A model generated the notes under the pieces. It had not been told where the DNA came from. It searched no databases and saw only the letters and a list, made by a program, of their open reading frames with translations. Positions 56,071-64,000 of a stretch of 64,000 bases of DNA are shown one piece after another. The stretch is from Epithemia pelagica (lineage: Eukaryota; Protista; Bacillariophyta). Numbering within the stretch: the stretch's first letter is position 1; each line of letters begins with the position of its first letter. Location of the stretch: assembly GCA_946965045.2 (NCBI GenBank), contig OX337230.1, positions 1,860,001-1,924,000 of the forward strand, written 5' to 3'. Both the position numbers and the translations under genes were made by a program.

Positions 56071-59000
56071 TGTTGATGACACGGACCTCTGTGTCACTCC
56101 TGCACCGGGTGGGCCCCGATCCTGGCCAGAATGGGATGCTTTTGAAGCTATGCAAGCCAGCCTCACCCATTGGCAGGGCCTCCTTCAAGCCTCTGGAGGT
56201 GCTATAGTGCCTGAGAAGAGTCATTGGTATTTGATTCGATTCAAATGGGACGCGGCAGGGCGATGGTCCTACGATTCCACCACGCCGCTTTCCATCCCAG
56301 CCCATCCACTTGGTCTACAAGTGGCAGACCATACCGGAGTACGCCAAACCGTGGAGCAATTGGGACTGAACGAAGGGCGCCGCACCGTCGGGGTCCGGTT
56401 AGCACCTGACGGGTCCAACCACCAAGAGCTAGAGCATGCAAGGGAGATTATTGCCACCTGGACTAACCGGATCACCACAGGGCGATTGCCAAAACACCTG
56501 GTCTGGCTGTCTCTTACCACTGGCATTCTTCCCAAACTCCTCTATGCATTGCCCGCAACCACTTTCTCCCAAGAGGATTGCCGGATACTAAACCAGGCTC
56601 TACTGAAAGTTGCCCTCCCTCACATCCAAGTGAACCGGCATTATCCCAGAGCTCTCGTGCACGGTCCACTGTCCTGTTTGGGTTTGGCCATACCAGATCT
56701 GTATATTGAACAAGGGCTCCAGCACATTAAACGCATGGTTACTTTTGGTCATCGGCCAGACAACATCCTCGGGCATTTACTCTTGGTGTCCCTCGAGGTT
56801 TTACATTTGGAGCTAGGTACCACAACCTCACCTTTTGGAAGCACAGCCCTCTACCCATGGTTTCATTTGGCAACTGATTCCTGGTTGCGCCACACGTGGT
56901 TCTTTTGCCACTCAAAAGCCATCCAGATCCGGATTCCTCCTCGACCGGGTTTCTTGTCTACAAACCGGGATGGGGATTGTGCTCTGATGGACATCATTAT
57001 CACCTATGGCCGCCCAGCCCTTCCGGAACTTGAGGTCTTCAACCGATGTAGGTTGTGTCTACGTATCTTCTGGGAGTCGGATCTTGTATCTGTTGATGGA
57101 CGAGCCATTCGGTTGAGCTGTTGGGAAGGTCGGAGATGTGTCCGTTGTGCATCCAAGATTGTGAGTTGGCCGGTACAACCCCGACCGGATAATGCCTCAT
57201 GGGCCATTTGGCGCCGACTCCTAACTACGACATTTGGCCTGGTATATCCCTCTCGGTGGATCTCACGACCGCTCAGGCAATGGCAACAACATCCGTCCCA
57301 GTGGTCTTGGTGGGTCAATCATTCAGCCAACATCCTCCTCTTCCGCGTCGATGATTCGGGCCGATTTGGGGTAATGAAACGCCCAACCAGCCGTGACCCT
57401 TTCCAGCCAAGTAATGAGCCGCCGGCCCTATTATGGCATTTACGCCAGTATTTCCCTCTTCGGCGCTGTGAAACGTTACCCCCACAGGGTGGACACCTAC
57501 GATCGGAGGATGTTGACCCCACAACATGGATCATTGACCAGCTGTTGCCACCCTTTCCACCGGGCGAGCCCATGGCATTGTTTCAATGCCGACAAGCCCG
57601 AGAAAAAATGACATGGGCATTCCAAATGTCCTATTCCCCCCTTACCGACGCATTCCTTTGCGCGTTTACAGAAGGGTTGGAGACCGGCACTGCGTTTTGC
57701 GTGTCGGATGGGTCATCCAAAGAGGGTGTGAGTGGCACAGCATGGATCGCTGGGGTAGAAAACAGTGATTTGGTCGTTTCTGGGGGGTTTAGGGTGCCAG
57801 GCAATCCTGCGACTCAAGATTCATACCGAGCAGAGCTGGTTGGGATTGTGGCAGGCCTATCTCTTGTGCAAACCTGTTGCCAGGTGTACCACCTACCCGT
57901 CGCCCGAGTCACATTTGGCTCTGATAGACAAAGTGCCCTGGACCGGGCCTTTGGGGATGTCCGTCCCATGTCCATGTCTGAAAGCCACTGGGATGTGGCC
58001 GCAATTCTATGCCGACTGCTTGGAACACTCCCGCAGCTACAAGCTACACCCAGACACATCCGCGGACATCAAGACGCCGACCCTATGGCCTCTCTTGATG
58101 TCTGGGCACACCGGAATATTCTCATGGACCTTAGAGCGGCCGAATGTCGTTGTGCCTTTGATCAGCCCACAGCAATACCTGGCCTTCGTATGCTTTGGGT
58201 GCCTTCCACTACACCACATGGCGAGGTAACCTCCCACACCATGTCGACTCTCCGCGACCATTGTACGGCACCGGCTGCAAGGGCATATTGGCAACATAAA
58301 CATGGTATTAGTGGTGACGATGGTTGTCTGGAGGTGGCCTGGGATGAAATTGCCCGAGCTATGCAATGGCAGACTCCTACACGTCGTCGATGGATTTCCA
58401 AACACGCCTCTGGATGGTGTGGTGTCAATCATAACCTTGTACGATGGCAATTTGAAACTGATGCCTCATGTGCTCTTTGTGGGTGGGAAAAAGAAGATGC
58501 TACCCATGTTTGGCTGTGCCCGTGCCCAGACGTTTCGGCTCTTTGGGCCTCTCTACTCCAGACTCTCCGTGCCCATTTACACCGCCTCAATTCCGCACCC
58601 CCAATCACTGAGGCTATTATCCAACGGCTTCAACAATGGCGCAGTGGGGAACCCTTCCCTGCATATCACTCAAACTTCCCGGGCTTAGCAGCGGCACTCG
58701 CATCCCAGGATCAGCTGGGTTGGGACGCCGCGTTTATGGGACGGTGGCACCCCTCCTGGCTCCAGGTACAACATACATATCTGCAATTCCTGGCCAGCCC
58801 ACAGTCCACTTCTATCTGGCTTTCCAAAGTCATCTCCCAGCTGTGGTCCATGGGGTTTGCCCCTTGGGAACATCGGAATGCTGCCAATGTGGCCAGGCGG
58901 GACGCCGCGCAAATTGCTCATGCTACAGCCGCCATTTCCAAGGAACTTGAAGCCAGGGACTGTGAGCTTCACCCCAGAGACCGCCCACTCTTCCACAGAG

Positions 59001-59122
59001 GTCCAATTATTCATGATGGTCACCAACTCCAGCAAATGCAATCCTGGTTGGTGCGCATCCAAGCCGCCCGGAGCTTGGGACAGCAGGATCTGACACATGC
59101 TATTCGCACACCACAGGCATGA
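56071..59122 (+). CDS. LINE ORF2, 3' part: rest of RT, RNase H and C-terminal Zn-finger-like region
   Basis: (I)VDDTDL, W.G.L.ASGGAIVPEKSHWY; RNase H VSDGS, SYRAEL.G, HIRGHQD, N..MD..A; WISKH.SGWCG...CALC..EDATHVWLC. In frame with the 5' part once the copia and one TSD copy are removed (5730 nt total). Confidence 0.92.
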
Positions 59123-59957
59123 TGCGGTTATCAGGGGGCGTCCATAGATGGATCAATGCCGCAGCATCTTTGACCAAGGCGGTTGTAACCAACGCAGAGA
59201 GGCTCATAACTGAACCACTACGGTGGTGGGAGGAGGGGTTGAGGGTTGTGGAGAGGGGGTGTGCACAGTCAAGGCGGTGCGTGAAATGCCAAGACCATGC
59301 GTGGAAGATGTTGTGCAAGCACAAGGGACCTCCCCGGTTGCAAAAAATAGTTTAACAAGAGCCTCCCGAAGGAGGCATATCATTGTTAAATGATATAGAA
59401 CAGTTACTACACAAGATCAAATCCAATAGGCGAAGAGAGATACGTAGGCTAGGCGCGCGAGATGTAGGCCGAATGGACCAGGCCTTCAAACTCTAATCCG
59501 AGGCCTACTTGTAAAAGATATGAGGAAGATTGGTTCTAAGACTGCGTCACATCCACGACTCAGACTTCTACGATCAGACCTCGCCAGAGGACTTGGTGTT
59601 TTTAATAGCCTCTAGAGCTAGCATTTCAGTAAGAAGAAATACATCAGAACTCTACTGCAGGGACCGTGCTGGAATTGAAGATCGGATATATAGTAATAGT
59701 AATTGTGGGCTTCCAAGCAAGTACGGCTTCCTTGGCGCTTCGATAAAAGGATAAAAGGCCTTTAAGTCCACCTTGTTGGTGTGGGACAGACGGGTCCAAT
59801 TTCCCCAGGTGCTCTTGCACATTGCCGTTGGAGCGGATGGTCAGCTCGATCCCGAAGCGTTATTCGCAGATGAAAATGAAAGACCGAACACTGATGTCTA
59901 CTTATTCACCGGACCTTGTTCAGGAGAGCAGTTGTTCGTCTATATTAAATTGGTAGA
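59119..59957 (+). repeat. 3' copy of the LINE terminal direct repeat (= 3' UTR)
   Basis: Begins 1 nt before the ORF2 stop TGA (59120-59122); no poly(A) tail follows. Confidence 0.95.
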
Positions 59958-60128
59958 ACAAAATCATGGCTCATGGGGGCACGGAAAACAGCACTACGAG
60001 TACTTTGTTGTCCTCCAGCAAATAAATTTCCAATGACACATGGGCGCCAATTACTACTTCTTCTGATCCAACCTTGCCAAGGAGTTGCGTTCATTTCAGA
60101 ATGAAGGCTACGCTGAACATAAGCTTGA

Positions 60129-63100
60129 TCAGTACGCACCTTCGTAAGGACTCATCATAGGAGAAGTATGGTGAGCTGAATGAAGCAATGGGGAGGCTTG
60201 ATGTTGGTGGAGAAGATGATGATGAGATCCAGGAGAAGCACCAGAGTGCATTGTTCTGGAGTCATAACTCGATGAGATTGCCTGATGCAATAATGCAGTT
60301 GTCTCCGCAGATGCCTCAGGTGGGGTTGAATGAGGAGAAAAACGAACTTCTCCCTGAGGAGGGCTAACGTTCACAGTCCCGGATGTTCCAAAGAAGAAGC
60401 GTCTCATTGACCTGTTTGGTGCAGATGATGGTAGTCTATTCTGGGACTGCATCTCTGCATGTTGTCGTGCCCGATTGATTTCGGTCTGCTGAACACGCTG
60501 CATGTCACGCTGAATGTTTCCTGAGGAAAGGGGATTAACGCTTCGCCGCCTGTGAATCATTCCCGCGATGATACTTTTGCTATTCAAGACGCCTTCATTG
60601 TTGTGATCAAGCCTTTTAAAAGCAGCAAAAGTTTGCCTGATATCATCTTCCGATACCTTTCCTAACCGAACAAGCATGGCCAGAGCAAACATTTCTCGTG
60701 TACATTCCGCAAGACCATCGGACCTATCAGCAGTCAGGCTTAAGCGCTTGATCAAGGGACCAGTTGCTAATTCTCGCAAAGCGTCATCATCGAGCGAATC
60801 CCCAAATTGTGTCAACACCGCACGCTCGATTCGACGTTTACGTAATTCCAAAGGAATCATACTTATTTTTGACATGTTGTGCAGTAGAATCGTGCCTCCA
60901 ACTAGAAGATACACAGTTGCGAACAGCTTGCCGCCTTGGGTTACAGGTACGATATCGCCGTACCCAGTTGTGGTTAAGAGCACGGTAGTGAAGTACCAGC
61001 TATCCACAAGGGTGATGTTTTCAATCAGGTAAAACCCGACACAACCAACTGCGAGAATAACAAGGGAGTTCCCCAGAGCTCCCTGGAGCGTAAGAATGAC
61101 ATACTTCGCCGCCTTGATCTTGTACAACCTTTCGTCAACAATCTGATCAACCGTCGACACGGACGAGGTTTCGTTGTCACTACTTTCTCCCACATCATCA
61201 GAAGACTCGTTGAACATCGAGTGATCATTGCTACTCCGTGCCGACTCGTGATTGGAAAAGGTTTCGCTGCGACTTCTAACAGAACTGTGAACGGGAATCT
61301 GCACTTCGGAGAGTTCTTCATTCAAATGAGGTGTTCGATAAGGCGTTGAATTAACAGCTTTGCGAGCTTGGGAGCCGTTTGAGCTTCCCGAGGTGCCCCC
61401 TGGATCTCCAAAAATTTTCTTAAGGCCTATATCAAAGGACGCATGTCGAGTATGACTTTGGCGACCTAGGATTTGCCGTGTCATTGGTGATCCCAGAATG
61501 TTGGCCTGTACAGGAGACGCCAACTTCTTGGAGCTTACCTGTGGAGATGCGACAGAGAATTGAGGTGAGGAACCGTAGAACGGATGCACAGGAGGTGGCA
61601 CCGAAGTCTGTGGAGGTCCTGCAGGTGGTGGAGGGGGAGGAGGCGGTGGTGACGACTCCCCTGGAAGGTCCACTAGAGATTTGTCAGCCCAGCTGCTATT
61701 ATTCCGATGTTGTTGATGCCTGCGCTCATTACTGTAGCGTCCATGTTGGTGCTTACGCCGTGGTGTGTAAACGGCAGAACGAAAGGACCCAGGAGACCCA
61801 CCTCGTTCTGTTTGGAAATGACTCATTGGTTGCAGGTTCTGTGATTTATGGGCACGAGAACCGACGTTTCTTAGGGGAGTGAGTCGGTTGTGGCGTCGTT
61901 CCGCAGCGTCCTTCAGGTTTTGTATTCTTGCACAGTTTGGACAGGAATCAGCTTGTTTTGCCCGTGCATCAGTGTCAGCTTTGTCATCGAGCATGTTCGC
62001 AATATAGGAACCAAGCAATAGCCCGATACATGCGATACCAAAGTAGATAAAAATGGAGCATATGAGTTTGTTCACATCGGTTGTTGGCACGAAGTCACCA
62101 AGTCCGGCTGTTGTGAGAGAGATGACCGCGAAATATATACAGTCCAACGGTTCCCAACCTTCTTCGAGTCCAAAGATAAATAATGAGGCTGTAACATACA
62201 ATACAAAATAGAGAGCCAAATAGCTTGTTGGTCCTTCCAGTTGCTTTGGTGCGTTTGCGACGCCAAAGAACGCTCGTTGTCTAGTCTTGCATCTAGGACA
62301 AATGAATGTGGGATATTGTCGCTCATCCTCTGCTGCCAGAGATGTGTTTGGGTAAAAAGAAGCTCGGTTGAATTTTCCTTCGGGTGCTTTACCGATATTG
62401 GAAAACGGTGATCCTAACGGAGCACGATCCATCAACATCACTTTCTGATAGGAGCCAGGGAAATTTCTCCCATCATCAATATGTTGCTCCACGTCCAATC
62501 GTTCTGCAGACAACTGAGAATTTATTGGTATTGGACCTTCCTCGTCAAAATTGTCCAGCTCTTCTTCATCGTCAACGCATATGCTGTTGCGATGACTCGC
62601 GATGCTGTTATGTAGGCTTGCGACGTCTGCATTGTCAATAGCAACTGCAATCCCGTCACGTTGACTTGCATTGTCATCCTGCAGACTTTCCTGATCCAGA
62701 GCCACACTCTGCAAGGACCTTACAGAGGAGCGACGATGTTCTGTTTGCCACGAGTGCCGACGGTCTTCAAAGTACGGTGCCTCTGCTACACGTGGGTCTT
62801 CCCACGAGCTGAATCGTTCTCGCCCATTTGCCGACTCACCAATGGCCTTGTGTTGATGATTACCGTCCCACCGAGGTGGAAGGTTCATTGCCGAAGGATA
62901 ACTATGCGGCACGAATCCATTTCTACTCGTCATGTTGTAGGTTGGTGGAGTCGGCGTCCACATTTTGTGAGAGGAGAGAAACGGTGATTGTTGCTGTGTG
63001 AAAACAGGAGGCGAGGAGGGATATTGCTTGCCGTAGCCATTCGACGCATGGTAAACGTTTTGATTTGGATCCGTCGGATACATTCCAGGTGGAGGTGGTA

Positions 63101-63941
63101 CCAACTGAGAAGGAGGAGAAGGAAGAGGTTGAACCTGCGACGGTGGAGCAGGTACTCTGATTTCTGGTTTCGGTGGTCGAGTGAGGCTTGGTCTTCTTTG
63201 CTGCTGAGATGGCACTTGATGTTGCGGTTTCGACATTCTCCTGTGCTGTATATTATTACCATTTACGGCAAAGGCATAATCGTTGTCATTATCAGAATCG
63301 GATGAGTCATTGTCGCGAGAAAAGCTTGAGTCTACATCTGGTTTGGTCTGATGTTGAACAAAGGTGACCGGAGAAGCCAGGTTCCTGGAAGCTTGGAGTG
63401 GCTGTGATTGTTGCTTATTCTTTACCTCTTTTGCATCATCTTCGTCATCGTCATCTTCGTCCGGCGGTAGTGGAATGTTGTCCATTTTCATCCCCTTCCA
63501 ATCTCGTCCACCAGTTGCAAGGGTCGCCGCAGCAGCATCTCCACTACGAGCTCTGGTTTGCCTCGTATACTGTGGTTTCTTATCATTGTCCACTTCTGGT
63601 TCTTTTGAGTTTGTTGTGGTTTTCTCATCGTCCGCAGCATGCTCCAACATATAGTCGGAATCGAACGTCGGTGCTCTTGAGTGATGACGCTCGCTTTCAG
63701 AAGGACCGTCGCCTGTGGTCTTATTATGGATATGTTTACTCTTTGCAACCATTTCCTCCTCCGAATCAGACAAATCCATGATGATGGATTCATCCGCCAG
63801 GTTGTGGTGATGTCCATTGATTCTTCGTCTAGGAAGAGAATTGGGAGGTGATTCAAGCCCCGTATCATCGGCAGCACGTGGTGAATGATCAAATACAAGA
63901 CTGCCTGAGGTTGAATCTGTGTCTTTCAAGCCATGGATCAT
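60129..63941 (-). CDS. Two-pore-domain K+ channel (TPK/K2P-like) with an EF-hand-like motif and a long disordered N-terminus
   Basis: Two TM-pore-TM units with filters SLTTAGLGD and LTTTGYGD; ALAMLVRLGK..DI....AF..LD.NNEG.L is EF-hand-like. Confidence 0.88.
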   Translation of the reverse strand: MIHGLKDTDSTSGSLVFDHSPRAADDTGLESPPNSLPRRRINGHHHNLADESIIMDLSDSEEEMVAKSKHIHNKTTGDGPSESERHHSRAPTFDSDYMLEHAADDEKTTTNSKEPEVDNDKKPQYTRQTRARSGDAAAATLATGGRDWKGMKMDNIPLPPDEDDDDEDDAKEVKNKQQSQPLQASRNLASPVTFVQHQTKPDVDSSFSRDNDSSDSDNDNDYAFAVNGNNIQHRRMSKPQHQVPSQQQRRPSLTRPPKPEIRVPAPPSQVQPLPSPPSQLVPPPPGMYPTDPNQNVYHASNGYGKQYPSSPPVFTQQQSPFLSSHKMWTPTPPTYNMTSRNGFVPHSYPSAMNLPPRWDGNHQHKAIGESANGRERFSSWEDPRVAEAPYFEDRRHSWQTEHRRSSVRSLQSVALDQESLQDDNASQRDGIAVAIDNADVASLHNSIASHRNSICVDDEEELDNFDEEGPIPINSQLSAERLDVEQHIDDGRNFPGSYQKVMLMDRAPLGSPFSNIGKAPEGKFNRASFYPNTSLAAEDERQYPTFICPRCKTRQRAFFGVANAPKQLEGPTSYLALYFVLYVTASLFIFGLEEGWEPLDCIYFAVISLTTAGLGDFVPTTDVNKLICSIFIYFGIACIGLLLGSYIANMLDDKADTDARAKQADSCPNCARIQNLKDAAERRHNRLTPLRNVGSRAHKSQNLQPMSHFQTERGGSPGSFRSAVYTPRRKHQHGRYSNERRHQQHRNNSSWADKSLVDLPGESSPPPPPPPPPAGPPQTSVPPPVHPFYGSSPQFSVASPQVSSKKLASPVQANILGSPMTRQILGRQSHTRHASFDIGLKKIFGDPGGTSGSSNGSQARKAVNSTPYRTPHLNEELSEVQIPVHSSVRSRSETFSNHESARSSNDHSMFNESSDDVGESSDNETSSVSTVDQIVDERLYKIKAAKYVILTLQGALGNSLVILAVGCVGFYLIENITLVDSWYFTTVLLTTTGYGDIVPVTQGGKLFATVYLLVGGTILLHNMSKISMIPLELRKRRIERAVLTQFGDSLDDDALRELATGPLIKRLSLTADRSDGLAECTREMFALAMLVRLGKVSEDDIRQTFAAFKRLDHNNEGVLNSKSIIAGMIHRRRSVNPLSSGNIQRDMQRVQQTEINRARQHAEMQSQNRLPSSAPNRSMRRFFFGTSGTVNVSPPQGEVRFSPHSTPPEASAETTALLHQAISSSYDSRTMHSGASPGSHHHLLHQHQASPLLHSAHHTSPMMSPYEGAY

Positions 63942-64000
63942 GCGTTGAAATGCGTTTGGCGATTCTACTGCCCCGTTGACAGGTGCATCGGCACCAGTTT

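Larger units (their letters stand above)
41645..59957 (+). mobile_element. Ambal-like non-LTR retrotransposon (ORF1; ORF2 = APE endonuclease-RT-RNase H-Zn finger) with long terminal direct repeats, interrupted by a copia element
   Basis: ORF1 42854-45016, ORF2 ~45000-47677 + 56071-59122, and direct repeats at 41645-42481 and 59119-59957. Confidence 0.85.

Noticed and set aside
41600-59990. Treating the 838-bp repeats as true LTRs, or finding a TSD for the LINE
   Set aside because: No TG...CA ends, PBS, PPT or integrase. The flanks (GACAAATGGTTGCT and ACAAAATCATGGCT) are only loosely similar, not a duplication.
1-64000. Fanzor/TnpB, Cas, or a bacterial contaminant operon
   Set aside because: No RuvC-type or Cas motifs were recognised. 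Genes have spliceosomal introns and eukaryote-specific products throughout.

Overview
Eukaryotic genomic DNA, almost certainly from a pennate diatom. Evidence: short GT-AG introns, ASAFAP-type bipartite plastid leaders, a CoDi-like copia element and an Ambal-like LINE. The host genes are ordinary: AlkB-like dioxygenase, TFIIE-beta, THOC5, PsbW, DENND4-like, CHMP5, MCM2, TM9SF, eIF4A, cyclophilin, a two-pore K+ channel and several hypothetical proteins. Three mobile-DNA islands interrupt them. (1) At 1-~870, the tail of a tyrosine-recombinase (DIRS-like) element. (2) At ~27.2-35.5 kb, an 843-bp MITE beside a ~7-kb putative DNA transposon. The transposon has two convergent ORFs, one a DxxH-clade DDE-like transposase, plus a 25-bp hairpin repeat-spacer array and a 30-bp minisatellite that share the core TTCATCTCG. 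(3) At 41.6-60.0 kb, an APE-RT-RNase H LINE bracketed by ~838-bp, 99.5%-identical LTR-like direct repeats that begin at the ORF2 stop codon. Its ORF2 has no ATG before the endonuclease domain, and ORF1 ends in a CCC-TAA +1 frameshift-type site. A very young 8.4-kb copia element (5-bp TSD) splits the LINE RT catalytic motif. The copia carries an extra 259-aa ORF, a chromodomain-like segment and a primer-binding site matching a half tRNA-Asn. All family assignments come from motif recognition by eye; no database searches were run.
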